From: Balanoglossus misakiensis
Lineage: Eukaryota > Animalia > Hemichordata
Reading direction: 5' to 3'
NCBI GenBank assembly: GCA_040954595.2
Contig: CM082588.2
Coordinates: 248,001 to 312,000, forward strand
DNA length: 64,000 nt
The notes beneath the pieces were generated by a model that saw nothing but the letters and a program-made list of their open reading frames with translations, was not told where the DNA came from and did not search any database. Shown piece after piece: positions 1 to 12,315 of the stretch. Every line of letters begins with the position of its first letter. The first letter of the stretch is position 1. The translations under genes were made by a program, and so were the position numbers.

Positions 1-791
1 TTACTGTGATTTTATTGTCAGTATTTCTTGTCAACGTTTGCATAAAAAAAGAAATTAGTTTTCCCTGAATACCATTTAGGCTTAATTTTAATTCCACTCA
101 AACATGAAAACTGTGTTTCATAGGTACAACTGTACATGTATTAATTTTCTCTTCAAACGATGTACAAGAAGTGAAGACTAGGAAGTCTTTCCCCTGAATA
201 TGAATAAAACCTTATGCTTTCTTTAAAATCAACTTGGTTTCAGTTTGATTAACTCCAATAACACAATGTATTAGATTTTTGTGTCACTACCTGTATAGTA
301 ATAAGTTCACTGTTTTAATGATAGATTTTCAGAAAAATGAGAGCCCTTATGGGATCAGTGGCAAATGAATTGGGTCACTGAAATTTATAACGCGTGCAGT
401 GCAATAAAAACAATTGTAAAATTTTAATATTTACATGGATCTTTTCGGTTATCGGGTAACCGTATTAAAAACCCAGTGTGCAACATTTCCATCACTATGG
501 CAATGAACCGAACCTGATGATATAATTATATTTCCAACCAAAATTTTTCTACAGTACATAGTACATAATATTCCAGGTTGCTTATGCATTGTATACATAG
601 ATATTAATAACAGTTTTACATGAAATATTTATAGACACACAATTCTTTGTGAGGGTCTGTGTGCCACGTGCATGACGTATGAAAGTGTCATTGCGGAAAT
701 ATATGCGCGACTGCCTCATTTGCATATTGATCAGTTTCACTCTCGCTGTGCCCTGCATATTGTTATTCAAAAGCGCAATTTATTTTCGAAA

Positions 792-1985
792 ATGGGAGAC
801 GGAAGCGTTGAAAACACCGCGGAAGTAAGTCGTGATGGGCCTGAAATTAACGATGGATCAGCTGCTGCAACAGACGACAACGATTTGGCCTCAAGTGCTC
901 CGAAATCGAGTGGTTTGAAAGAGACATGGCTAACTGTGATGTTGTCGTTATGTGCGGGTGTGTCGTTTGCAGCCGCATCATCATTTCTGACGCTGGCTTG
1001 CAGCAACGATGCACCGTACGATCGTCTCGCTTTTGTCGGACATATGACCCTCCCATTGATCGTTCTCCCACCCTTTATGTCGTCAGCCCAAGTAGATGAG
1101 CTTGGATTGATGGTTAGCGTCGGAATGAAGCGAGAATTTTTCATCGCCAGCGTGTTCTTCTGCTTGCCGCATATGTCGCCGACAGAGACCACCGTGCTCT
1201 TCCATGGTTGGTCGGTTGTTTTCATCATCCTCGTTCGCTGGCTCTACCTGAGAGACATCAAAACATTTCCCTTGTACAGAATCGCTGTCCTTCTAACTGC
1301 GCTCGCAGGAATACACTCACTGTCGTCGTCCTTTGAAGAGGAACTTGACCTTCGCCAACCAAATTCCGGTAGTAAGACCCCTTCGAACGGTAGTCTCCTT
1401 GACAACGCATCACATCAAGATGAAACATTTACGGGAGTTGCATATTCATACCTAATTTGCATATTATTCGCCTTCATCTGTAGTGTCTATCGCGCAGTGG
1501 GACAGAAATACAGTTTCTTCATCATTTACTTCCACGAACTATTCATCATAATCTATTTTGGACTGATAGCAAAGTACATTTTCGAGCCACCGTTTTCAAA
1601 ATGGCGTTTAGAACCCATGCTGGAAACCACCTGTTTTTTCTCTGGTATTGTTTTCTCGGAAACCATCGGACTGTGGTCGTATTTCAGGTGTCTCCACATG
1701 AAACCGGCAGCGAAATACATCGGACTGGTAAATGTCGAGATAGTTGCGATATACTACATCGAAAAGTTCTATATTCCTGGACAAAATAGCACGTCGTACA
1801 GTTTCATCGGGGTGCTCCTTGTATTGCTGGCCTCCCTTCTTGTTGCAGGCGAACGCATTTTAACTTTGCGCCAGAGCCGTAAAGAAGAAGATGAAATCGA
1901 TAGCGACTACCTCGTAGAAAACTCAGAAAATAATACAAACAACGTTATTTCAGGACAAAATTGGCATGTTAACTCAAATTTGTAA
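792..1985 (+). CDS. Intronless multi-pass membrane protein, EamA/DMT (SLC35G-like) transporter
   Basis: The ORF runs 672-1985 and the likely start is ATG 792 (MGDGSV...). It has an acidic N-tail, about 9-10 hydrophobic segments in two halves split by a polar loop, and a charged C-tail. This layout fits the DMT fold. The family call is by architecture only. Confidence 0.6.
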   Translation: MGDGSVENTAEVSRDGPEINDGSAAATDDNDLASSAPKSSGLKETWLTVMLSLCAGVSFAAASSFLTLACSNDAPYDRLAFVGHMTLPLIVLPPFMSSAQVDELGLMVSVGMKREFFIASVFFCLPHMSPTETTVLFHGWSVVFIILVRWLYLRDIKTFPLYRIAVLLTALAGIHSLSSSFEEELDLRQPNSGSKTPSNGSLLDNASHQDETFTGVAYSYLICILFAFICSVYRAVGQKYSFFIIYFHELFIIIYFGLIAKYIFEPPFSKWRLEPMLETTCFFSGIVFSETIGLWSYFRCLHMKPAAKYIGLVNVEIVAIYYIEKFYIPGQNSTSYSFIGVLLVLLASLLVAGERILTLRQSRKEEDEIDSDYLVENSENNTNNVISGQNWHVNSNL

Positions 1986-3780
1986 TAAATCTAATTTGTA
2001 TAATCATCTGTGTAATTTTTTTTCATTGGTGACATTTTATATCGAGACCACATGCAACTGGTCTCTCACCAATATCAGTAACGTTGACGAACATGTTCAG
2101 TCTTCTCATAATCATGTGAACCAGATGTTACATTGCGGCTGGTGCTTCTTCATCATTAACTTCATTGACATATAACCTTGTATTTGGGTCGTTGTGTTCA
2201 CTCATTTGTCATATTTGAAATATGAAGGGAGTGGAGACTATTGTAAGGGGTAAAAAAAAACAACAGGTGTTCGTATCCTGTCCAACTGTCTCATCAATAT
2301 GTCCTTCTGGTCACCACTAGATCCAGATGTTCTTCATTATTAACATCATTAACATCTGATGAGGTATTTCGTTAGACCATGTATTTGCATTTTCTTCGAT
2401 GTTGAGTAAAGTAGCATTCTTGTTTTCAAAAACCACTAACCACCTGTTGATTGTGTGAGTGAATCTACGTTTATCAAATACCTTACACAAGTGTGACAAC
2501 GCCCAGAAGACAACCCATGATATTGCAGACAACATTTTGGAAGACACAACCTGAGTAGAGTCATTCGTTGGATAAAAAGTCCCTAAAAAGTCCCAAAATA
2601 ATTACCCCAAACTTGCGTTGTTGTTATTTCTGCTGCTTTTTGTCATGTCATATCGACATGACAAAGGTGAGATGACGCACACTGTTTTTTTTTATAGATT
2701 GTATGCGCATTGATACTGTTTTAGAGACACGTTGTGCATTACGGATCTGACTATTTGAACACCAGTGATGAATTTATGTGAGCGTCTCCTGCGTTTCTGT
2801 CTGTGCGCAGGATGAATGGTCGGGATCTGACCCGATAGACATACAGTCCATCAATCATAGATGCGAAAACACGTAGTTAACGCTATAAATGCTGATGGAC
2901 GTGTCAGTTATAAACCTGGTATCTGTATTCAAACAACGTGAAAATAAGGCTATGCAAATTAAAAGAAACAGTCATAAAGTTTGGGAACTTTGGAAAGTTA
3001 ATTTCTGGTGTTTGCAGTGGATAAGATATTAAAATATTTTCCTCGTTTATTTGCATATCTATTCACGTCAAGAGTTAATGACACACTGACGACATAACTC
3101 TTTGGTGTGCATTCATTGTCACTCGATTGGAAGTCTTAATTTAAATATAGACACCAACCACTAGTCATCACACTTGGTGCGACAGTTCACAGTTGCGCAG
3201 CTGAAGAGTATTACAGTCACACACCTATACCAGCAGTGAGCAGCCTTGTTCCAGCGAACTACATACAGGTGAGATGATTGATACATACGGGCAGATATTG
3301 CCTCTCCTAACATGAAATCATTTGGAACATAACGCTTCCTAACCAATCATACACAATTGACATCTTGAAATAATATTTTTGCAACTTTCTGCGTCTACCG
3401 GATTGTTGCATGAGGCACGTTCATCTATTCCCAACCACCAGGCTCAAAAATCATGATGGAGTATCCAATATTTTATTCCTCTAAACAAAGCCAGTCAGTG
3501 TATTAAACACACACCAGTAATTGCTCAGAGGCAAACAGTAATAGCTAACAGACTTGCTCATACCCCTTGCCACATACAATACAAGTTATAAATGGAAACC
3601 GATGTTTCATCATTCACCCAGCCTGGACAAAAGATCCAACCATAGACACTACTAGGATCCGCGGATAATAAATCAAATTTCTAAAGTTGTATTTTAGAAA
3701 AGACTTGAAGTCAAACACTATGAGCATTAATTTCATATGGTTGCAATTGCGTTTCTTTTTTTTCCCTTCCCAGCACAAAA

Positions 3781-4999
3781 ATGAAAGTCATCGTAGCATT
3801 GTTTGTTCTGTTCATCGGGGTGTGTGCAGGTAGGACATGACATATTTCATCTTCTATGCAAATATGGTCATTACCCCTTCTGCTTCAGATGTCGAATCAT
3901 GATGCCCATATAAGGTATTACATAGCACACGCGATGTTTCCAAAATGGAAAACAGATAACATGTCGACACATCAACATTTTAAAAAGTTTAATAATCAAC
4001 ATATGTGGTAACCGTCGGGTGTATGGGGGTTATTCGCATATTTGATTACATGGGTGCATACTGCTCTCATCCTGTCCATATGGTTGTCTATGTGCCACTT
4101 AAATGGGAGAAGTAATAAATAATGAATTACAAAGTAGTCATTCCGAATATTCCCCAGGATGGCAGCAGATTACATGATTTCATAAAGTCAAACAGGAGAC
4201 TGGAAAGAACACATCTGTCAAAAGCTACGAGCGGATTCTCTTTCTGTTATACGGGGATGGGTGGGGCGTGGCATGAGGACGTTTTATACTCTTAATATCA
4301 TGGTATATCATTCGCATCAATTAGACATCATCAACAAACGTTTAAAGCTGGAAACTACATAGCCTACCGCTAAAATTAATTAACGATTTTATTTGTTATT
4401 TTTAGGAGCACGGTGTTACTCCGATGGTAAGTTACCAATTTGAAAGTATTCCCAAATTCATGCATGCATCATTGGAAGGAAAATATGTGGGTCCGTGGGT
4501 TTTTACATTTCGATTTTTTTTTTCATTATTTGCTAATAGACCTGCAAGTGAAACTGTAAGAGTTAATAAGTATATATAATATTTTTCTCATTGCAGAAGA
4601 GACATCTCTGTCATGTCAGAACGATCTCTTGACCATTACATGCACGCGTGGCAGGATTGAAGTGGTATCGGCCAATTATGGACGCACAGATGGCTGGAAA
4701 TGTTTCCCTAGTTTGTTCACAAATTGCAGGGCTTCCAACAGCCTCAGTATCGTGTCTGAGGCGTGCAATGGCAAAGATACATGTAATGTTTGGGCCAAGG
4801 ATAATGTTTTCGGAGATCCATGCTTTCTGGTTCCCAAATATTTGGAGGTTGTTTACAAATGTAAGTTGTTTTTGCAAATTAAGAAAGGGCATTTCAGTGT
4901 GCTATTTCAGAATTATTTGTGCTTTACTGAGTGATCAGTTTTAGTAATATTAATAAAATAATATTATAATATCATGTTGCAGGTTATACTCGATGCTAA
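3781..4999 (+). CDS. Secreted SUEL-type (rhamnose/galactose-binding) lectin, about 116 aa
   Basis: Exons 3781-3829, 4406-4426, 4597-4860 and 4983-4999 splice in frame with GT-AG introns. Signal peptide MKVIVALFVLFIGVCA. SUEL motifs ANYGR, CNGK..C, FGDPC and KYLEV.YKC are present. Confidence 0.9.
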
Positions 5000-6272
5000 T
5001 GATCTGAAGAGCCATGTTAGAAAAACGGCGGAGAAGAAAATAAACGCTCCCAAATGTTTTGCTCTTTTATGGGTTTATTGGTGACGGTGTGGTTTAGCAT
5101 GTGAAAACCTGATTAATCGATCGAACGATTAATTAAAGACGAACTTGAATTCTACACATGATTGCTTGTATGACGTAGCTATACATAATTAATAAAAGTG
5201 TTGAATGCAGTGAAAGCGAATCACTTTGTGTCATTGTTTCATTTATTTGTGTTGTGGCGTGATCAAGCAGATTTAGTAGGCCTATGTTGAAATATTTTTA
5301 CATGTTTTTGAAACTGATGCTTGACCACTGATGCTGTTGAGTTTATTATGACGGGGGGAGAGGGGTGTGGGGGAGAGAGAGAGAGGGGTACGCAATTTAT
5401 GGAAATGGGATACAGAATTTAGGGTAGTTGTCTGCTTGTTGGCCATATATCTGCAACAAATATTCGCAGTGCACTCAAACAACAGTCAAAGAACAGAAAG
5501 CAATAGCCTTTAGAATGGTAACAACAAAATTATCATCTGAATGTCGTTGGGGGCACCGGGCATGCAATTTCAGCAAAGACCAGACGTTACAAATGAAAGT
5601 ACGAATTGAATGAAACTCTTGTAAGTTAAAACATGTTTTAGTTACAAATGAAAGGCTGTGGCAATTTTAGAACTATCCAATGACGCATACATAAAACAGG
5701 AATGTGACCAACGAATCCCAATACATATATCGCTCAAAAGATGACATGCTCTTTTCAGCAGTAACGTATAAACACTTTTTAATCAAATTATCAATCTATC
5801 AAGCATATAGTGACATAGATTAAATGGGGCCTCATACAGAACTAATGTGCAATTTTTCATTATTTTTTTCCCATTTCAGTGTTAATTATCTTTGACTAAT
5901 ATCCTAGCGCAAAAAAGTACCTCGCCATGTCACGTGTACCATTATGACAAAAACTCCAATGATTGATTTTTCCACCACAAGACAACTTATTAAAGAATAA
6001 TAGTAATAATTACAATCATACCTTTATCTATTCAACACACTCGAAAAGACAAAGCATGGTACATACAAAGGTTTTCGAAGTGAGAGACATATCCGGCAAA
6101 TGATTAATTGTTTCTCGTCTATTGTAGTGCCTATCATTCTTAATTCGGGACACCTCTATATCACACACGAACAGACCACTCCGTTCTCCACAAATCTCCG
6201 GATCTCCAACAGTACAAGGTGGATTAGTACATCATTTGCTTCAAATTTTCAGGGCTGTACCTCCAAACAAGT

Positions 6273-7134
6273 ATGTGGCGAGTATTAGTATCGACGCTTT
6301 TGCTTCAGCTGGTAATTCACTCGGCATATGGTATTGGTAAGTACATTTACGTGTATTTAATAGTTCATACTATACTTCTTCTTGGCTCACTAGATTTTTA
6401 CAGCCCGCAAAATGTGTTTGTGGTGGAGTTTCGAAACTGAAGACATAAAAAACATGCCCGATAAGATATCATATTGTTTTCATTTATTTTGCTTTGTTTT
6501 GTTTTTCCCCACAGCACCTATGATCGGTGTAGATTGCAACAAGAAATTGGTTCAGCGTGCATCAATGCTTGGTAAATGGGAAAAGGTGGGAGGCAGTTGC
6601 TGTGTCAATAGTATTGGTATCTTGAAGGACCACTCTTTGTTAGGGATCAAAGATGACCACCAGGTTTACAGGAAAGAATCACCACATGTTGGCGACTGGG
6701 TGGGGCCCCTTCCCGATAGCTGCTGCGTCAAAGATATCACCGTCATGTCAGATGGAACTTTGCTGGGAGTGTCCACGGAAGGACTGCTGGTGACACGTCC
6801 GGACCCCCGAACGACCACGAACAGCGCTTGGATCGACGTTCTTCACAGCAAGGGAGTAGTGGCCGCAGATGTCCATCCTGACGGAAGAATCTTCGGTGTC
6901 ACCAAGGAAGGTCTTCTGAAGGTCCGTGACGGTCTGGGAGGGACTTGGGCCACTTTCAAGACCGAAGGGCTTGGTGTCAGGGACATCGCCATTCAGAAAA
7001 ATGGTCTCATCTTTGGGATTGGTAAGAAATCCAAGGCTCTTCATGTTCTGGATAGAGAAGGCAAATGGGGCCTAGCTATTCCTGACACCGAGTGCATTGA
7101 GTCTATCGCGTCCGCTTCAAACCTTTCACAATAA
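6273..7134 (+). CDS. Secreted tectonin/tachylectin-like beta-propeller repeat protein, about 227 aa
   Basis: Exon 6273-6336 (signal peptide MWRVLVSTLLLQLVIHSAYG) joins exon 6515-7134 in phase 1. There are about five ~42-aa repeats of the form W...(SCC)V..I.V..DG.LLGV...G.L..R. Confidence 0.7.
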
Positions 7135-7608
7135 GATAATACCCCAAAGTTGGAAATGTACGAGGTTTGCGGTGTCCCGCGTCTCTTCATTTATGGCAAA
7201 TGACGGAATAAAAAAATATATTTTAGCGCCACATTATTATAGTCGATAACACTCTTACGCAGAACTGGTGGTGGAAATATTATATAGTTGAAATGCCTTC
7301 ACCAAATTGCTTGTATTTCGGTGAAGATACTATTGGGGCAAATAAAACCACTTTCAGCATTGGATGGATCGTCAGTTTGCATTTATTACCCCCACCTTGA
7401 AAATATACATGAACAAGTACTCTACCATGGTCACTCCACACAAAGTGACCGTGCCCTAGTTTGTTGTTGTTCAATACACTTGACCAAGGTAACAATGACA
7501 TGACATCGATGTTGGAAAAATATAAAGTGTCGTGTGAACAAAACAGAAAGAACTTAAAAGCAGTTCGTGGTTGAGAATTGGCGTCCAAAGCAAGCTTCCA
7601 AAACAGCT

Positions 7609-8412
7609 ATGGCCAAACAATCGCCTATCGCCAGAGAAGCCATTGATGCGATGTACGAAGAGTTTTACAGGGCGTATAACAAGCGAGATTTTGATACGAT
7701 GAGTACGTGTTTAGAAGAAGATAGTATGGTGATGTCACCGGGTACACGCAGCTACTATGGCAAAGACGGTAAGTACATGTTGGTCATGCTACAGAACTCT
7801 TTGTGGTTGCACTCCGACGTACCTTGTCACCTGGAATACCAACATTTCATGGTCCACCAGATTATTTTTTTGTGTACTATGCCATCTCTTGTCTGGCGTT
7901 ACATTCAAAATGGCCTTGCTGTTCTAAATTTAAACCAGAGACTCGCATATTTTCTCTCCGTTTCGTGTTTGTGTTTCCACAAGCTTCAACAAAAGCGTGT
8001 GTAAAAGCGTGTGTTCCATTGAAATGGATAGAGACAGACAGAACACTGCTTTCTCCCTGGCCAAAAATCCCTTCGTTCCCTGGACTTTAAGTCCTTCCTT
8101 TTAGGTGAGAGCCCTCGGACGACAGATTTTTCAGTCTATATACTGGGCCTAACAACATCATTTGTAATTTTTATACATACAGCGATAGTGAAGTATGTAG
8201 AAAAGTCTCGTGAAGAGTGGGGTTCTTGCGTACATATGACGGACGAAATTGGAGAGCTGGACGGTAGTGATGTTCTTTATACCAAGGGGCATTTCATCCT
8301 CTACAACGAAGACGGGATTCAGAAAGGAACCGGCAAAGATTCACACACCTTGAAGAAACGCCAGGACGGAAGCTATTACCTTTACGTCGATTGTTTCATC
8401 GTGGACGAATAA
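7609..8412 (+). CDS. SnoaL/NTF2-like (DUF4440/YybH-like) protein, about 129 aa
   Basis: Exons 7609-7768 and 8183-8412 join in frame. Pattern AI..MYEEF..AYN..D......EEDS.VMSPG....YGKDAI, then G.F.L......GTGK.....KK..DGSY..YVD is typical of the fold. Confidence 0.8.
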
Positions 8413-8840
8413 GCGTTGAGATGGCGCGGCACTGTGGACAACTTTACGTATGATTGTATTGCACTTGCCCTATCATAGTAGAGAAAACACCTATTTTCAT
8501 GTGGACAAAATCAAGGTTTTCTTTGTGTTCCTTCATTGCAGTTTGGAGAGGGAATGGCTCTCCCGTAGACTTGGTTAAAGTTAGTGAGTTAAAGTAAATA
8601 AAAACATAATTTGCAACGGATTCTCGAATGTATTTTTATTCAAGTGTCGTACAGACCTATGTGAAGTTTAGCACTGGCTCACTTCTGGTATTCACTTTTG
8701 GTTAGTGCGGGTAATTCATACTACTAGTATACTAGTATATAAACGCAGCTCGATACATATTAAGTAATGAGACCTGTCTCACCAGGATTTCTAAACGTCT
8801 TGATTAACTCAAATCGTATGCATCGTTTTTGTCTTTGGAC

Positions 8841-10078
8841 CTATGACTCGATGTAGTCGGGGTAAAGAAGATGGCCGTTGAAGGTGACGTAATTGTTGCT
8901 GTTTCCATAGAGAGCGAAGTATTCTGAGGGTCCCAGTAGCAGCCACACCTGGTCTTCCAAGTTTAGATGAAGGATGGCGCTCTGCGTCTGCATCACTTTG
9001 CGGTCGCTGGCGTCCGTCGTCATGGCTACAACGGGATCGTCGTTCAGCATCAGTGAGACGCCGATGTACTTGTTGTCGTACGATCGCATGGTGAACGAGA
9101 AAAAGTAGGTGCCCGGGATAGCAGTAACGAAAACGCCCAAGTTTTCATCGAAGGCACCGTCCAGATTGGTCTGGGTGGCGTGAAAGGTCACAACCTGTGG
9201 GTCACTGTGTCCGAGTAACGGTTGAGTACGTATGGCCGAAAATGCACATTTGTGTGCTATTAAAGAAGAAAGAAGAGAATGGGAACATTTGAAATTAGAG
9301 ATAATTATGCGCAGGATTTTGAGTTGAGTTCGGTTTTGAGAGTCATCAAGTCAAAAATGTTCTTTCCGTTAATACTCTGTCAGCTAGTGACAAATTTTTC
9401 TGAAATTCTACAAGCATTGGTATTTTGGTTCCTGGTAGACGCATTCCTCGGTCGTCTTTTCTGCCACCCACCCCTTCAACTTGTGGGCGCACAACAAACG
9501 GGCGAATCATCTGTCCGGGTGACTTTTACTTGAATATATACATGGAAACGTGAATACTCACATAGAAGTGTCAACTCTGTATATTTTTCCTTGATAAGTA
9601 ACTCTTCAGTCTCTGTGAGCGCTCTCTTTTGACGCAACAACTCCGAAAAGCGGCGTCTCCGTTTTAAGTCAGCGTTCGGGCGTGGTACCGGTACTGGTCT
9701 AACACGACGTATCTTATCCCTACTCAGCGACGTAACCCATTCATCAATATTGTCGGTCATATTTGGACGAGAACCTTCATTAGGGCTGCCTAGAGACGGT
9801 CCGCAGTTGTCTATCTTCTGCTCCAGTGTCGCTATAGCTTGGTTCTGTGTGTCGTCGTTTCGAGACATTTGCTCGATAGTCACAAGCGCCCTATCAAGGC
9901 GAGCCTCCAACTCCGCAAACCGTACCACAATCTCATCGACTCGATCGAACGTGGCTTGATCAGGAGACGCTTCTCGGATCTCGTGTGGATGGTTTTGATC
10001 GAAGGTCTCCTCGGCAAATGTGCAAGCTTGATTAGCAAACACCAGAAAAACAAACCATGCTAGTAACTCGCGAGACAT
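8841..10078 (-). CDS. Secreted coiled-coil + C1q domain protein (cerebellin/C1qDC-like), about 310 aa
   Basis: Exons 10078-9562 and 9256-8841 join across a phase-1 GT-AG intron. Signal peptide MSRELLAWFVFLVFANQACTFA, heptad segment, basic RQKR site, then gC1q motifs AFSA, VVTF, G.F....PGTYFFSF, L.L...DQVWL and TFNGHLLY. Confidence 0.9.
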
Positions 10079-10149
10079 TTTGCCTGTTGCTTGCACAAAT
10101 TATTCGACCACGTACAGGCAGTCTCAGAACACTGCCGTCTTCTTTCACA

Positions 10150-10157
10150 CTTTTATA
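10150..10157 (-). promoter_or_regulatory. TATA box of the C1q gene
   Basis: TATAAAAG on the minus strand about 75 bp upstream of the ATG. Confidence 0.5.
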
Positions 10158-12315
10158 GTGGACGGATATTTCGATGGCATTGGAATAAGTACATTCCAAA
10201 GAGAAAAAACAAGCTAATAAATTTTTGTCTCAGGGGCAAGTGTTACCAGAACACCAACCCAGATGGTGAACCATTTGTTTCTCGATATCGTTTAAACACA
10301 TGTGTGTGTGTGGAGCGACTGTGGTTTAATTCACGGTCGCTATAAAGTTTGTCAATGTCACCACGGTCATTGACCGTGATGTCACCTGGGTCCGGTGTAT
10401 ATGTTTTCTCCAATACCCGCAATGTCGTTCAACATCGTGCTCGTTGAAAGTTATTGGGAAAAGTCGATCTGGAAAGCAGTGCGAGATTGTTGCGCCTTAG
10501 GAATGCGACTCGCTTGATTGATCGCACCCACTTCGGGCAAAAGTCGTGATTGGAAAACGTCTGTTTGAACCCTTCGACCATAACACATGGGGAACGCAAA
10601 TTTTTGCTTCAGCAGACTGGGGTACAGTGTCTGACATAATATCAAGTAAAATTCTATGCAATTTGCAACGCTCGCCTTGAAAAAATGTGTCCTTTTAAGT
10701 TTTAAGAAGAGAGGTGTCAATAGGGAAGAGTTTGAAATTTCACTTGGAACTTTCAGTTTAGGGAGACGGGCGGGTTGTGACGTTCGCAAAACAATTCACG
10801 TCATTTCATATTCAAAAGACGCCAACGAGGGTAAAGCTGGTCGTTTCTAACTTTGACGATGCCTACAGTGTACATGTAAAATCTAGCTGTTTATGTTTCA
10901 TTGTGACACCGCCTTTCTTTGTGAGGAGCTAGAGGATCCTCATAGCACAATGGTAGTAGTTTCCTTTGTGTTGTGACAACTCTCAGTTGTATAAGACCTA
11001 TAGGGTTGTCAATGGTTTGTCCAAACCGTTTAGCGCTTTGTTCATGCTTGTCTTTGTCAAGTGCACACCTGTTTTTTTTATATACAAATTGCCCCTCCAC
11101 TGTCTATGGTTTCACCGAAGATCGAGACAGTGGTATACACATGCAGATAACACGGTACTTGCAAATGCCTCTTCTGGGATTCTTTCGAACATCGCGCCTC
11201 AGACAATCAAAATAAACCCATAGAATTAGAACTTTTTAAATTCCTACCTGCGTGTCTCAACCAAGGGAGTGGTACCTCTTAATAATGCGGTGGTTTGGTG
11301 GTGACCAGAGTGACCTGAATCCCAAACACTGGCAAACGATTGGTAATCATGATGTTGGCCTACCGCAGATTGTACATCCATGTTGAAATTTCAGGTCCTT
11401 CAAGCAGGCTCAAGTGTGGTATTAAACTGAAAACAAGCAGAAAATTTCATTCAACAACAGACCGATACAAACAGCAAAGAATACTAGTATTTGCGCACAT
11501 CTCTCTGGAGGAGAGGAAGAGATTTGTCAATGTCAGAGATATATTGTTCACCAACTCATTGACAATAGAAACAACATACTGTGTAAAGGTTTGCTTTGAG
11601 TCCAAATAATGCCTTAGATAGATCCATTCGTTGTCACGATTCTTCTTGTTAAAATTTAGTCACTTCACACGGGAGAACAATCGTTAAGAAAGGTGTGAAA
11701 CGAGCGGATGGCTTGTTTCCTGTGTCCCACACCTGAGCTTGTCATCCATTGTGCAGCGTGTCCATAACACAAGCGGGTAGAGCGCCACCTGCGTCTGAAG
11801 ATCCCAACCAGGCATTAGTCAGTAATTTCAACACGCATCGTTCGTTAAAAATGTATAAAAAAAATACTGGGAGCTAATTGCAGGTTTATATTTTCAGAAA
11901 TTTACATGGTTTGAAAAATATCATTACCTGAAACACGTATTTGATTTTTCCGATGGAAATTCTGTTTCTTTTTGACACAATGTAGTTTGGAAGATAATGA
12001 CGTATGCATTGTTTACGAATCTACGGATGTTGTCAGTAACATTCTTCCCGAAAAAAGTTTTGACTTTGACTCAGTTCGGTGTTTTGCTAGCAGACAGCCT
12101 CTAGTGATCCTGTCGTTGTTATCATTGTCAAATACCTTCCGTGTTCTGTCCACACATTGTTCAGGTAAGTTTTTTTCTCCACTCCCCACCCCCACTCTGA
12201 ATACCGTACGGTAGTTTACTTTCACGTCACCAGTTGAGTTGCCGATTAAAACTTTTAAAAAGTATTTTGTCCTCAACTATGTCCTCAACTTTTACTGTCT
12301 TTCACGTTTCAGAGA

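Noticed and set aside
672-791. Upstream ATG extension of the transporter ORF
   Set aside because: The first 40 codons look UTR-like and ATG 792 has a stronger context (AAAATGG). The longer start is not excluded.
8723-8738. Palindrome TACTAGTATACTAGTA between convergent 3' ends
   Set aside because: Short and AT-rich, with no other support.
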